Assembly: GCA_965223875.1 (NCBI GenBank)
Contig: OZ245024.1
Coordinates: 236,015-300,014, forward strand
DNA from: Candidatus Multivoradales bacterium
GTDB lineage: Bacteria > Acidobacteriota > Thermoanaerobaculia > Multivoradales > JAHEKO01
Direction of reading: 5' to 3'
Length of the DNA: 64,000 bases
Part shown: one piece after another, positions 14,422 to 25,977 of the stretch
How positions within the stretch are numbered: the stretch's first letter is position 1
Layout of the letters: every line of letters begins with the position of its first letter
Program-made: the position numbers and the translations under genes
Notes under the pieces: generated by a model
The model's input: only the letters and a program-made list of their open reading frames with translations
What the model was told of the DNA's origin: nothing
Databases searched by the model: none

Positions 14422-15705
14422 TCAGTCGAAACGCAGGATCCGGCCCGCGCAGAGGATCATCACCGGCCCCCCGCGCAGCGTCCAGCCATCGAAGGGTGTG
14501 TTGACCGACTTGCTCTGGAAGGTCGTCGAGTCCACGGTGACCTCGAGATCGAGATCCATCAGCGTTACGTCGGCGGGAGATCCCGGGGCCAGGGTTCCGC
14601 CCGGCAGGCCCATGACGCGCGCCGGCTCGCTGGTGAGCAGCGCGACGAGACGCTCGAGCGGCAGGACTCCGGCGTGAACCAGGCGGTCGAGGCAGAGGCT
14701 GAGTGTCGTCTCGAGTCCGAGAATGCCGAACGGCGCCTCCGAGAACGGCAGCTCCTTCTCGTCCGGATGATGCGGCGCGTGGTCGCTGGCTATCAGGTCG
14801 ATGCTGCCGTCGACCAGGCCTTCGATCATCGCCTGACGGTCGGCCTCGGAGCGAAGCGGCGGATTCATCTTGGTGTGGGTCGAGAAGCCGCTGGTCGCGA
14901 CCTCTTCGTCGGTGAGCAGGAAGTGGTGCGGCGTCACCTCGCAGGTCACCGGGAGGCCGCGGCGCTTTCCCTCCCGAATCAGGTCGAGGCTGCGCGCGGT
15001 CGACAGGTGCTGCAGGTGGTAGCGGCCGCCGACCTCCTCGACCAGCAGAAGGTCGCGCGCCACCATCAGGTCCTCGCCGCGGCCGGGCATCCCGGGAAGG
15101 CCGAGGCGCGTCGACCACTCCCCTTCGTGCATCACCCCGCCCGCCGTGACCTGCAGGTCCTGGGCGTGCTGGACGAGCGGAATGTCGAAGTGCTGGATGT
15201 ACTGGAGGGCGCGCCGCATCAGCGCGGCGTCGTGGACCGGCAGGCCGTCGTCGGAGACGGCGACGATTCCGGCGTCCACCATGTCCCCGATCTCGGCCAG
15301 CTCCTCACCTTTCAGACCGACGCTGACGGCGCCGACCGGATAGACCCGCGCCGAGCCCCGCAGCTCGGCTTCCTTGAGCATGTGCTCGGTGACCGATCGG
15401 TTGTCGTTGACCGGGTCGGTGTTGGCCATGCAGGCGACGGCGGTGAACCCTCCGGCCGCGGCGGCTCGCGTCCCGGTCTCGATGGTCTCCTTGTACTCCT
15501 GGCCGGGCTCTCGCAGGTGGACGTGGATGTCGATCAGTCCGGGTGTCACCACCAGCCCGGCGGCGTCGATGACCTCGGCGTCCTCGGGCGCGTCGAGGCC
15601 GGCCTCGGTGGCGACGATCGCGTCGTCCTCGATGAGGACGTCGAGAGTGTCGTCGATGTCGCGGCTCGGATCGACGACTCGGCCGCCCTTGATCAGGATC
15701 GTCAT
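14422..15705 (-). CDS. pyrC: dihydroorotase
   Basis: Amidohydrolase HVHLREPG and DHAPH motifs. It follows pyrB with a 4-nt overlap. Confidence 0.9.
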   Translation of the reverse strand: MTILIKGGRVVDPSRDIDDTLDVLIEDDAIVATEAGLDAPEDAEVIDAAGLVVTPGLIDIHVHLREPGQEYKETIETGTRAAAAGGFTAVACMANTDPVNDNRSVTEHMLKEAELRGSARVYPVGAVSVGLKGEELAEIGDMVDAGIVAVSDDGLPVHDAALMRRALQYIQHFDIPLVQHAQDLQVTAGGVMHEGEWSTRLGLPGMPGRGEDLMVARDLLLVEEVGGRYHLQHLSTARSLDLIREGKRRGLPVTCEVTPHHFLLTDEEVATSGFSTHTKMNPPLRSEADRQAMIEGLVDGSIDLIASDHAPHHPDEKELPFSEAPFGILGLETTLSLCLDRLVHAGVLPLERLVALLTSEPARVMGLPGGTLAPGSPADVTLMDLDLEVTVDSTTFQSKSVNTPFDGWTLRGGPVMILCAGRILRFD

Positions 15706-16646
15706 GTGACCTCCATGTGCGCGCCCGAGAGCAGGTAGAGCACGGCCATGCGCACCGCCACGCCGTTCGATACCTGCTCGAGAATGACCGATTGCGGTCC
15801 GTCCGCGACGTCGCTGGCGATCTCGACGCCCCGGTTCATCGGTCCGGGATGCATGACCAGGACGTTCGCTGCGGCACTCGCGAGGTGGCGGCGAGTGAGA
15901 CCGAAGACCGAGAAGTACTCGTCGTCGCTCGGAAAGAGCTTGCCCCCACCCAGACGCTCCCTCTGGATCCGCAGCATCATGACCACGTCGGCGCCACAGA
16001 CGGCCTCGTCGAGGGTGTGGGCGACGCGTACGCCGAGCCTCGCGACGCCGACCGGCATCATCGTGCGCAGCCCGGCGACGGTGACCTCGGAGCCCATCTT
16101 GGTGAGTAGGTGGATGTTCGACCGGACCACGCGGCTGTGTTCGATATCGCCGATGATCGAGACCTTGAGCCCTCCCAGCGTGCCCAGGCGCGAGCGGATG
16201 GTCAGCGCGTCGAGCAGCGCCTGTGTCGGGTGCTCGTGAGCCCCGTCGCCAGCGTTGATGACACCCGAATCGAGGCGCCTGGCGAGCATCTGCGGCACGC
16301 CGGGATGCTGGTGTCGAATGACGATGAGGTCCGGGGCCATCGCCTCGAGGTTGAGGGCGGTGTCGATCAACGCCTCTCCCTTCGACAGCGATGAGCCGGA
16401 CGACGAAAAGCTGAGGCCGTCCGCCGAGAGCCGCTTCTCGGCGATCTCGAAGCTCGAGCGGGTTCGCGTCGAGGGCTCGAAGAAGAGGTTGACGACCGTC
16501 TTGCCGCGCAGGGTCGGCACCTTCTTGATCGGCCGCCGGGCGACCTCGCCGAAGGACTCGGCGGTATCGAGGATGAGGTCGATCTCCCAGGGCTCGAGCT
16601 CCGCGATCCCGAGGAGATCCTTGTGCTTCCAGACCGACTCGCTCAT
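15702..16646 (-). CDS. pyrB: aspartate carbamoyltransferase catalytic subunit
   Basis: STRTR, HPxQ and HPGP motifs. Overlaps the pyrR stop. Confidence 0.9.
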   Translation of the reverse strand: MSESVWKHKDLLGIAELEPWEIDLILDTAESFGEVARRPIKKVPTLRGKTVVNLFFEPSTRTRSSFEIAEKRLSADGLSFSSSGSSLSKGEALIDTALNLEAMAPDLIVIRHQHPGVPQMLARRLDSGVINAGDGAHEHPTQALLDALTIRSRLGTLGGLKVSIIGDIEHSRVVRSNIHLLTKMGSEVTVAGLRTMMPVGVARLGVRVAHTLDEAVCGADVVMMLRIQRERLGGGKLFPSDDEYFSVFGLTRRHLASAAANVLVMHPGPMNRGVEIASDVADGPQSVILEQVSNGVAVRMAVLYLLSGAHMEVT

Positions 16647-17197
16647 GACTCCCTGACCAGAATCTCGACCTTCTCGTCGCCGTCTACCGATGGGAAGTGG
16701 ACTTCGACCTGTTCGTCCGGCGTCGTCTCGATGCGCTCGCCGACGAAGTCGGCCTGGATCGGTAACTCGCGCAGTCCCCTGTCGACCAGAACCGCCAGCT
16801 CGACCCGTCGTGGGCGTCCGTAGTCGATCAGGGCACCCAGCGCCGCGCGCACGGTGCGCCCGCTGAAGAGAACGTCGTCGCAGAGCACCAGCACGCGATC
16901 GTCGACCGGGTCGTCGAGACGGGTCTCTCGCAGGACCGGCTGCGGCCCGATGGTCGAGAGATCGTCCCGGTAGAGGGTGATATCGAGAACGCCCATGGTC
17001 GGACGCTTCCCCTCCGTGCGCTCGATCTCGTCCGCCAGGGCCTCCGCCAGCGATACGCCCCGGGTCCGGATGCCGACAAGGAAGAGGTCGTCGACGCCGG
17101 CGTTGCCAGCGACGATCTCGGCGGCCATGCGCCGAATGGCGGCGCGCATCGCCTCGCGGTCGAGAATCGTCCGGTCGTGGACCCAGCCTTCAGGCAT
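16643..17197 (-). CDS. pyrR: bifunctional pyrimidine regulatory protein / uracil phosphoribosyltransferase PyrR
   Basis: PRTase motif [14 protein letters not shown]. 184 aa. It heads the pyrR-pyrB-pyrC operon. Confidence 0.85.
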   Translation of the reverse strand: MPEGWVHDRTILDREAMRAAIRRMAAEIVAGNAGVDDLFLVGIRTRGVSLAEALADEIERTEGKRPTMGVLDITLYRDDLSTIGPQPVLRETRLDDPVDDRVLVLCDDVLFSGRTVRAALGALIDYGRPRRVELAVLVDRGLRELPIQADFVGERIETTPDEQVEVHFPSVDGDEKVEILVRES

Positions 17198-17525
17198 GCG
17201 CGGTCTCCAGCGGGTCGGAGCTCGAGCGCCGATCCGGTGTCGTTTCGGGAGTGGAGAAAAGGAGGGGGCCCGTGGTCGTCAGGCGGCGGATCGGCCCCAC
17301 TCGTCTCAAGGATGTCTCCCGGGCTCGCGGCATGGTAGTGGGGACCCTGTCGGTTGTCAACGGGCTTTCGACACCTCTTGTCGGGCGATCGGGGCCGGAG
17401 GGCGCTCTCGGAGGCGGAAACGCGCAAACTCCACAAGATGTTGTACTTAGGGCTGGACAGAGCCCCTATTTGTTGTATATTCCGACAAAACCGGTCCCGG
17501 ACCTTCCCCGACGACAATTCGCCTA

Positions 17526-20500
17526 TGTTCAAGCTCGATCATCTCGAGATCTCTGGATTCAAATCATTCGTCGACCCCGTTTCGGTCAAGTTCACCGGCA
17601 ACCTCAACGCCATCGTCGGCCCCAACGGCTGCGGCAAGTCCAATGTCTCGGATGCCGTGACCTGGGTCCTCGGCGAGCGCAGTGCCAAGAGCCTCCGCGC
17701 GACGCGAATGGAGGACGTGATCTTCAGCGGTTCGCAGAGCCGCAAGGCCCTCGGCATGGCGGAGGTCACCCTGACCCTGCAGACGGACCCGACGATGCCC
17801 GAGGCCGAAGACGGCAAGCTCACCATCGGGCGGCGCCTCTACCGCTCCGGGGACAGTCAGTACCTGATCAATGGCAAGACGGCCCGCCTGAAGGACGTGC
17901 GGGACCTGCTGATGGGGACCGGTCTCGGGCTGCGCGCCTACTCGGTGATCGAGCAGGGCCGGATCGACGCCATCCTGTCGGGCAAGCCGCAGGAGCGTCG
18001 CAGGCTTCTCGAGGAGGCCGCCGGGATCACCAAGTACAAGGAGCGCAAGCGGATCGCCGAGCTCAAGCTCGAGGACGCCACGGCCAACCTCTCCCGGATC
18101 GACGACATCGTCTCGGAGGTCGAGCGCTCGCTTCGTTCGCTCAAGCGACAGGCGAACGCCGCGCAGCGCTACGGCGCGCGGCGAGCCGAGCATGACGCGC
18201 TGCACGAGAAGGTCCTGCTGAAGCGCTGGCATTCGATCCGCTCGGGCCTGGAAGAGATGGAGGGCCGGATCGCCGAGCTCACCTCGAAGGAAGCGGAGCT
18301 CGCCGCGAAACTCCACCACTTCGAGGCCGACCAGGAGTCGGGCCGCGAGTCGGTCGACAAGCTCGCCGAGGTCTGCGCGACGATGCGTCAGCGCGAGGCC
18401 GAGATCATCGCCACCATCGAGGGGAAGCAGGAGTTCATCAAGGGCGCTCGCGACCTCTTGCGCGAGATCGGCGAGCGCCTCGAGTCGGGCGAGAAGCTCG
18501 CCGCCCACCGCGGCGAGGAGATCGAGCGCCTGCGCTCGAACCGCGAGGCCTTCGAGGAGGTGCGGGCATCCACCTCGACCGAGACCGATGCGGCCGCCCA
18601 GGCGGTCGACGAGACCAACGACGAGCTCGCCAGCGCTGAAGAGGCGGTCCGCAAGGCCGAGAAGCGTCTCGAGGCGTTGCGCTCGGATCTGCTCGGATCT
18701 CTCGGCGAGGTCAACAGCGTCCGCAATCGACTGCATCAGCTGAACGTCGAGTCGGAGAAGGGGTCCTTTCGGTCGAGCCACCTGCGCACCGAGCTGCGAG
18801 GTCGGCGCGACGCGCTCCGTGCCGCCGCCGAGGCCGCCGAGGCCGGCCGCTCCGCTCTGGCCGAGACCCGATCGAGCGTCACCGACCTCGAGAAGCGTCA
18901 CGTGGCCGCGGCCGGTGCGGCGCTCGAGTCGGCTGAGCGCATCGAGGAGCTCGACGGCACGATCACCGAGACCCGCCACGAGCTGACCGCTATCGAGCAG
19001 CGGCGCGAGCTCCTGGTCGAGCTCGAGCAGGCGCACGAAGAGAAGCGGGCGCGCATCAGCAGAGCTCTGCGCGAGGCCGGCCAGGGAGAGCCGGCGTTCC
19101 TCGGCGATGGTCTGACTCTCCCCGAGGGCTGGGAGCGAAGCGTCGACCTCTATCTGGCCGAGATGGCCGAAGCGGTCGTCCTGCCAGCCGAAGGCGACGC
19201 CCTCGAGGTCGGTCGGGTGCTCGCTTCGGGACGTGGAACGAATCGGGTTCTCCTGCCCTCCGACGACGACACCGCGCCCGGTGCCGGCGTCGAGGACCCG
19301 GCGATCGTGTCGAGCCTCGCCGAAGCGCTCGACCTGGCGCCGTCCCTTGCCCACTCGCTGCCGACGGCCTACCTGGTGGAGAGCCCGGCCGACGCGATGC
19401 GGCTCGCCCGCTCTCACGCGGGCGTCGCGTTTCTCAGTCAGGATCGGCTCTGGGCGCAGTCGGGCATGCTCCACATCCAGGGCGAGACGGCCGAGCCCGG
19501 CGCCCTGGCGCGCGACCGCGAGCTGGCCCGACTGACCACCGAGCGCGAGGCGCTCGCGGCTACGCTACGTCAGACCGAAGCCGACGCCGAGCTCGAGCGG
19601 GCACGCCGCCTCGATCTCGAAGCGGCCCTGACGCGGGCGACCGAGGAGCTCGACGCCGCTCGCCGTACTCTCGCCGTCGCCGAGGCGCGGCAGGAGGATC
19701 TCGACGCGACCCATCGGCGCCTGTCGATCGAATGCGACACGCTGACCTCGGAGCGTGAGGAGATCGGGCGCGAGCTGGGGCGCGTCGGCGGTTCCGTCGA
19801 GGAGATGCGCGCCAAGCTCGAGGCCGCCGAAGGGCACCATGGCGAGCTCGAATCTCTGCTGGATTCGGCGCAGGAGGCGGTCGACGAGAAGCGGGCGATG
19901 CGCGAGGAGGTGCGTACCTCCGGAGCCAGTCGCCGCGGCCAGCTCGATCTGCTGCGCGAGCGCCTCGAGTCGCACGAGCGGGGTCTCTCCCGTATCCAGC
20001 GCGAGCTCGACGGTCACAAGGCGCAGCTCGAGAGCTGGGCGAGCGAGAAGACCGCCCTGCGCGACCGGCGCGTCGAGCTCGAGCGGCGCATGGGCTCTGC
20101 CGAAACGGACCTGCAGGCAGCGCTCGAAGCGCGCGCCGGATCGAAGGACGAGCTGCAGCGCCACGAGGAGACTCTGCGCGATGCCCGCAGCGCCCAGCTC
20201 GAGGTGGATCAGCAGGTGCGGGGACACCGCATGGAGCTCGAGACCGTGCGCAGCCAGCTTGGTGAGATCCGGGTCTCGGAGGCCGGGCTCAGGCAGGACG
20301 CCGAGCACCTCAAGGCCGACTACCACGAGCACTTCGAGAGCGATCTCCCCGAGACCTTCGAGGTGCCCGAGGAGAGCCTCGACGAGCTCGAGGTCGACCT
20401 CGAGCGGATGAAGAGCCTCCTCCACCGCATGGGGCCGATCAACGAGCTGGCCGCCGAGGAGTTCGCCGAGCAGGAGGAGCGCCACGGCTTTCTCACCGAG

Positions 20501-21055
20501 CAGCGGGCCGATGTGCTCGCCTCTGTCCAGCGGCTGCGCGAGACCATCCGCGAGATCAACGAGACCTCGAGCGAGCGATTCCAGAAGACCTTCGAAGAGG
20601 TCAACGAATCACTCGGTGTGACCTTCCGCGAGCTCTTCAACGGCGGTGAAGCCGAGATGCGTCTGATGGACGAGGAGGACCTCCTGGAGAGCGGCATCGA
20701 GATCGTCGCCCGTCCTCCAGGGAAGCGCCTGCAGAACATGATGCTGCTCTCGGGCGGTGAGAAGGCGTTGACCGCCCTGTCGCTGCTCTTCGCGCTCTTC
20801 CGCACCAAGCCGTCGCCGTTCTGCATTCTCGACGAGGTCGACGCGCCGCTCGACGACGTGAACACGCTGCGTTTCGTGCACCTGTTGAAGTCGATGACGG
20901 CCGACACCCAGTTCGTGGTCATCACGCACAACAAGCTGACCATGTCGGCGGCTTCGGCGCTCTACGGCGTGACCATGGAAGAGCGCGGCTGCTCGCGCCT
21001 GGTCTCGGTCGAGCTCGACGAGATCCACCCGCAGGAGCAGGCGCAGACCGCCTGA
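17526..21055 (+). CDS. smc: chromosome partition protein SMC
   Basis: N-terminal Walker A GPNGCGKSN, long coiled coils, a hinge and the C-terminal LSGGEKALTALSLLFA signature plus the D-loop. Start moved to ATG 17526 (MFKLDHLEISGFKSF). Confidence 0.9.
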
Positions 21056-21495
21056 AGCGCGGCCTCTCCGCTTCTCGGGCTCGGCGCGCCGCGCAACGAT
21101 CCTGGCGTGCTTCGTCACTGGCGCAGAGCCGCCAGCGGCCTAAGCTATGTTCAGTTGTCGTCACGCCAGCACCTAGTCATTCAACCAGGAGATGCTCGAG
21201 TGGTGCGAAGCGCGGCACAACCCGCGGTCGGGTCGAGCTCCCCGGGAGTGAGGCCCGGCCGCTTCTCGTTGTGCCCTGCTCGGCCGGGCCCTGCTCGGCC
21301 GGGAATGGCGCGGGATTCCACGCTATTGGCGTGGCCGACCAGTAGCCCGGGCAACGCGAGCCCTTAGATTGTCCGAGCAGGCCCCGAGGCCGTCGTTGTC
21401 CCCTCTGTGGCGGGGGCCCTCGGCGATCGAAGGGTGGCATGCCGGCGGTCGGGTTCGACATCCCGGGGGTGGACGGGCCCGGCCGCTCTTTTCGC

Positions 21496-21524
21496 TTGCC
21501 ACGTGTCTCCCCTTCCCCTACAAT
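21496..21524 (+). promoter_or_regulatory. candidate sigma70-type promoter for the tRNA-Thr gene
   Basis: TTGCCA, a 17-nt spacer, then TACAAT, about 38 nt upstream of the tRNA 5' end. Confidence 0.45.
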
Positions 21525-21562
21525 CCAGCCCCGCCGGCCTGGGTACCACCGAGCTGGCCAGA

Positions 21563-21638
21563 GCCGACGTAGCTCAGCTGGTAGAGCAGCTCACTCGTAA
21601 TGAGCAGGTCAGCGGTTCGAGTCCGCTCGTCGGCTCCA
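21563..21638 (+). tRNA. tRNA-Thr (anticodon CGT)
   Basis: Cloverleaf: acceptor stem GCCGACG/CGTCGGC, D arm GCTC-AGCTGGTA-GAGC, anticodon stem GCTCA/TGAGC with loop CTCGTAA, T arm AGCGG-TTCGAGT-CCGCT, encoded CCA. Confidence 0.85.
21589..21638 (+). repeat. attL (3' 50 nt of tRNA-Thr)
   Basis: Identical to 30186..30235. Confidence 0.8.
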
Positions 21639-21726
21639 GCTAAGCCTTTCAAAGGCAGCACTTTATGGCATTCCATGACGGAAGTGCCTCGGCTCAACTC
21701 GGCTCTCGGGGTCGCTCTGGGGGTCG

Positions 21727-21999
21727 GTGAAAGGAAGGGACGGAATGCACGCAACTTCATTCGCAGAGCTGCGTCAGAAGGACACAGGGAAGCTGATTCG
21801 CGAGTACGACGACATCGCGAAACACACGACCCTGGGCCTCAACTTCTACCGGGACGAACTCGCCAGACGAGATGCCGAACTGCAGGCGCACCGCATCGAG
21901 GATCTCACCACACGGCTTTGGTGGCTCACCGTTGTGATCGCCATTCTCACCGCAGTCAGTACCTTCGCGGTTGCCTACAGCGTTCTAGGTGGCGGCTAG
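21727..21999 (+). CDS. hypothetical small protein with a C-terminal TM helix (island cargo)
   Basis: 90-aa ORF with a charged N-terminal part and a TM segment LWWLTVVIAILTAVSTFAVAYSVL. Confidence 0.35.
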   Translation: MKGRDGMHATSFAELRQKDTGKLIREYDDIAKHTTLGLNFYRDELARRDAELQAHRIEDLTTRLWWLTVVIAILTAVSTFAVAYSVLGGG

Positions 22000-22137
22000 T
22001 TGGGCTGCTTGCGTCGCCACCGCTTGTAGCGCTCGGTCCCCTCTCGGAACTCCCGGTGTCCTTCAGCTGTGAATTCCCCGTGACGACCACCGAGCCACGA
22101 AGTCCCATCCTCTTCAAGCATTCCGATCGCCATGCAT

Positions 22138-22272
22138 CACCGTATGAACTCGAGCCGGTCCTCTTGCTGCTTCGGAGACAGGCCGTCGAGCTCACCGGGG
22201 ACGGAGTATCGCTCCCGCAGCTCAGCGAGGGAGAGCAACTCCCAGAACTCGGGCTGGTCGTCGCTGGCCACG
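22138..22272 (-). CDS. possible small ORF (44 aa)
   Basis: GTG-initiated ORF (VASDDQPEFWELLSLAELRERYSVPGELDGLSPKQQEDRLEFIR). Coding-like composition. Below the ORF-track size cutoff. Confidence 0.2.
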
Positions 22273-22504
22273 CTCTGAGCCTAGCAGGGCCCTAGAACAA
22301 GCAGAAGTAGCGGCGCCGGCACTTTTGCTCGACGCGCAGCATCCTTCTGGCAAAGAGTGCCGTTGCCGGTACTCTAAGCCCCCGGAGGCCGCAACCTGGT
22401 ATCGCCGCCGTGACCAGGTTGCTCGGAAGGAGCGGCGCCACCCGGCGCGACGGACGTGACCGGGTGACGCCTTGGCTGGGCGAGATGAGGAAACCCAGCC
22501 GTTC

Positions 22505-23211
22505 CTAGGCTGCTGCCGGTGGGGTGCCCTTTGCCCGCTCCGCGAGCGTCCGAGCCTGAGCCGCTGCGATCTCATCAGCCCGAGCGGCTTCAGGATCGCG
22601 AGACTTGGCGATCTCCGCCGCGACGATGGTCTCGCCGACCCGCAGATGCTTGACGGCATCCGCCAGAGCGTCCGCGAGCCTGGCCTGCCCGGGGTCGAGC
22701 TGTCGGGCCACGTGCCGGCGCATGTCGGAGGTCGGAAGCAGGTTGAAGGCGCTTGGGCCACACAGCGCCGAGACAAGCACCTGGGGGTCATCCGCGTGCA
22801 TCGCGTCGGTGATCGCCTTCGAGCGCTCTGGAGGCGATAGGCCGAGCAGCCAGTCGCGCACCTCGCGCTGTTGCCAGCTTGGGACACGTTCGACCACGGT
22901 CGAGCCAGAGAGCAGCTCCGCCTCTGCCAGGATCGCAGCTGCGCGCGCTCTGCTTCCGTAGTCGCGCTTGATTTTCTCGAGTTTCTCGCTGGCCTTGGCG
23001 GCTGCCCGGGTCTTGAGCCGTCGCTTCGCCATGTCTCCGATCTCGAGGTTGGAGTCGATCCGCGCGATCTCGTCCCGGTGAGACTTCATCACTCCGCGCA
23101 GCGACCCGTAGCCGCTCTGGGCGCTTTGGAAGCCCGGCGTCTTGTAATCGTCGCTGAACTTCGGGAAGTCCGGCAGTTCGCCGAGGGTCATGGTCCGCTT
23201 GTCCGTCATGC
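22505..23211 (-). CDS. hypothetical island protein
   Basis: ORF start moved to MTDKRTMTLGELPDF. Charged, helical. No family recognised. Confidence 0.45.
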
Positions 23212-23433
23212 CGCCTCCAGGTTCGCGAGCCGTTCGCGAAGCGCTGCGATGTACTGCCCGCCCCCCATCCAGGACTGAACTGCCTGGTGCGGGTATCGGA
23301 TGCCATCGGACGTCTCGATCCATCCGGGGCCCGGCGTCGAGTGGACGGTATGCCCTTCGCGCCAGGCTTCGAGTGTTTCGATGGGCAGCAGCGTTGTCGC
23401 CGCTACCTCGGCTTCTGTCAGTGTGTCTTTCAT
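23206..23433 (-). CDS. hypothetical small island protein
   Basis: 75 aa. 4-nt overlap with the downstream ORF. Confidence 0.35.
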   Translation of the reverse strand: MKDTLTEAEVAATTLLPIETLEAWREGHTVHSTPGPGWIETSDGIRYPHQAVQSWMGGGQYIAALRERLANLEAA

Positions 23434-23469
23434 GGTCTCGTTTTCCTTTCTGCCCGTGCGGGCGAGGTC

Positions 23470-24884
23470 CTATCGGAGGAAGTCGGCGCGAACAACCGAA
23501 ACTTGGTTGCGGGGCCGCCCTGCCACAGCCACCACCGCTCCCGCTGCAGCGTTCGCGAGGTCATCATGTGCACCGGGTCGATGGTCTACGCGGTCCCGGC
23601 CCGTGCTGGAGCGCCGGCGCTCGAGGCCTCGCAGTTCACGAAGCAGCGTCGGATTGTCGAGCAGGACGGCTCCGCCTGCGTTTACCAGGGGGAGCAATTC
23701 GAGGTAGAGCTCCGAGCGGGTGAGCTTCGTCGGCTCATAGGCGATGGCGTGACCGCGGAAGCCCTCCTCGACAAAGCCTGGCGCGTAGCGGTCCCCTTCA
23801 ACTCGCGAGACAAAGTACCGCCGCAGGACTTCTGAGGCCTCGCCGATGACTCCCGATGGATTGAAGGGTGGACGCCAGGCTCTGCAGGCGTCCAGCACTA
23901 CACGCTCCCCATCCTTGTGGGCGATGGCAACCGAGAAGGCATCCTTGCCAGAGCCCGACGCGGAGTCGACGAAGCCGCGGTACTTCACGCCGGCCTTTGG
24001 CTGGCGCTCCCGCACGCCCTCATCGACAACGTCAGCCAGGGCGTCGGGGTCGAAGAAGGTGGACACGCCAGCCCGGAACTCGCCGAGGACCTCAGAGCGG
24101 TAGGCCTCCGGGTCCTCCTCCTTCATTCGCTCGATGTAGTCAGCTGGCAAGGTCGGGTTCATTGCCGGGGCCATCGCCTGCCAGACGAGCACGGGTGAAT
24201 CCTCCTTGCCCCAATGGCGCCGGTGGAGCTCGTACAGGGCGCCGGCCTGGGCGTAGGGGCTCGAGAGAATCAGCAGCCGGCCCCGAGTGGTCGCGAGAGT
24301 GGGGCGCAGAGCTCGCAGCGTCTCGGCATCGGTCGGTCGGCCATCCGTCGACGTGAAGAAGGAAAGCTCATCGACGACCGCGAACGGAGCCCGGATGCCG
24401 CGGACAGCGGCCGGCCTGCAGGGGTAGACGGTCAGGGTCACACGGCCGGCCAGTTCGAGCTCCGTCGTCGTCTCTCGCGTCACCTCGCGGCCTAGCAGGT
24501 CGGAGCCGTGGACAGCCTCGCGGACGTACCCGAAGAGGGCTCGCTGGGCTCCGCGCAGATCCTGCGCAACCAGTGGCACGAACACTCCCCTCGAGCCTGC
24601 AAGAACCGCCTGGGCGGCCTCCTGAACGCCTGCCAGGGCTGCCACCTGCGTCTTGCCTGACTGGCGCCCGGTGACCACCGCGGCCTCCGCGTAGCCGCCC
24701 TCCCGGGGCGCTTCCCTGCCAGTGTGCGTCGTGAAGAGCTCTAGGTCGTCGTCTGACAGCGGCAGGCCGTAGAAGGCCCGCAGGAAGGCGAGCCATGGCC
24801 GCCAACTCTCGAGGTCCGCGAAGGCCGGCAGGCCCCCGAACAGGGCCCGGTCTTGCAGTGCGTCGATGATGTTCACTGTGTCGC
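23470..24884 (-). CDS. phage terminase large subunit-like ATPase/nuclease
   Basis: Walker A GRQSGKTQ (compare T4 gp17 SRQLGKT), Walker B FAVVDE, an ILSSPY coupling motif, and C-terminal nuclease-like acidic motifs (GFVDSASGSGKDAFS, HDDLANAA). GTG start at 24884 with AGGAGG upstream. Confidence 0.55.
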
Positions 24885-25352
24885 CTCCTGTGACTTCTGC
24901 TGGACGTGCTGGGCGAGGGTCACGCCCTTGGCTTTGCGCTCGAGGCCCAGTAGGCCGGCCAGGCGCACGACCCGGTCGAGCTGGGCGAGGTAGGCGTTGT
25001 GCAGGGCCTTCCTTCGTCCCTTGCCGGTCAGCACTCCCTCGGCCAAGAGCCGGCCCTCCATCCACTCGAGCATGGCGGCTGCCGAGACGTACCTCCTGAC
25101 AGTGTCCAGGGCGAGCGTTGAGAGGTCGGTCACGCCTCCGAGGTCAGCTGCGATGGCCTCTCGTCTCTCAGCGAGTGCCTCGGCGGCCTCGTCCTCGAGC
25201 TCCCGACGCAGGACCTTCGAGCGGCCACCGTGCACCAGGCTCGCGGTGTTGCCGCGGGCGAATCTGCCCTGTTCGTCGTGGTTTGCCCGGTCGTTGCTTC
25301 CAACCGACCCCGAACTGACCCCGGTCTCTATATCTCGTTTGTTCTCAGTCAC
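24873..25352 (-). CDS. possible terminase small subunit / DNA-binding protein
   Basis: 159-aa basic protein immediately upstream of, and overlapping, the terL-like gene. No motif-level support. Confidence 0.3.
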   Translation of the reverse strand: MTENKRDIETGVSSGSVGSNDRANHDEQGRFARGNTASLVHGGRSKVLRRELEDEAAEALAERREAIAADLGGVTDLSTLALDTVRRYVSAAAMLEWMEGRLLAEGVLTGKGRRKALHNAYLAQLDRVVRLAGLLGLERKAKGVTLAQHVQQKSQEATQ

Positions 25353-25471
25353 TTACAGCAAGCCTCACTGATAGGCAGTCAGCAGGTCTAGGAACTCCGA
25401 GCGGACGGTCTTCGGAGAGATTTCGGGCGGGTTCGCACCCCCCGCACCCCCTCAACTACAATTGCCGGGTA

Positions 25472-25681
25472 ATGAAGACGAATGGACCTACCCGATGGGA
25501 GAAGGTCGTATATGTCCTCGTACCGATCGGGTTGGCCATCCGGTCGTATGACCTCGTCACCGATGAAGACCCGGACAGGCGAACAGCCGCAATCATGGCC
25601 CTGGCTAGCCTTGCTCTGATCGGCATGATCATCATCGCGGGCGTCTGGCTGACTCGGCGGTCCCAACCAAGAGACGACTGA
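25472..25681 (+). CDS. small membrane protein (69 aa) in the low-GC island core
   Basis: Two predicted TM helices (VVYVLVPIGLAI, ALASLALIGMIIIAGVWL). Opposite strand to all neighbouring island genes. A possible -10 TACAAT lies just upstream. Confidence 0.3.
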   Translation: MKTNGPTRWEKVVYVLVPIGLAIRSYDLVTDEDPDRRTAAIMALASLALIGMIIIAGVWLTRRSQPRDD

Positions 25682-25702
25682 AGGACCGCCCGGATCTCCA
25701 TC

Positions 25703-25846
25703 GTGTCGCTCTCCGACATCATCACGGCTGTAGCGGGGATCGTCGCGCTGGGACTCGCGATCTTTCTCCATTGGGACAGCATCTTCCCGCTCGGAAGTAA
25801 CCAGCCCTACAACCCGTGGGACGAGGACGGGAACCTCAAGCAGTAG
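25703..25846 (+). CDS. small membrane peptide (47 aa)
   Basis: GTG start. TM helix ITAVAGIVALGLAIFL. In frame directly after the previous small ORF. Confidence 0.25.
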   Translation: MSLSDIITAVAGIVALGLAIFLHWDSIFPLGSNQPYNPWDEDGNLKQ

Positions 25847-25977
25847 CCCTGGCTCTTCCTTTTCTTCCCCTCCACCGAGACAGGCGGACAGAAGGCACCC
25901 CCCTACGGGGGGTGTGCCCCTACGTGTCCTGGGCCTGCAGGACACTTTGTCCAACACCACCCGGACACTCTGTCCGG

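Noticed and set aside
17564-19474. 636-aa minus-strand ORF inside smc
   Set aside because: Antisense to the SMC coiled-coil region. Repetitive Leu/Arg/Glu composition generated by the coiled-coil codons.
21261-21300. Tandem 15-nt duplicate ccctgctcggccggg x2 downstream of smc
   Set aside because: Only two copies in an intergenic GC-rich stretch. Most likely trivial slippage. No associated ORF or structure.
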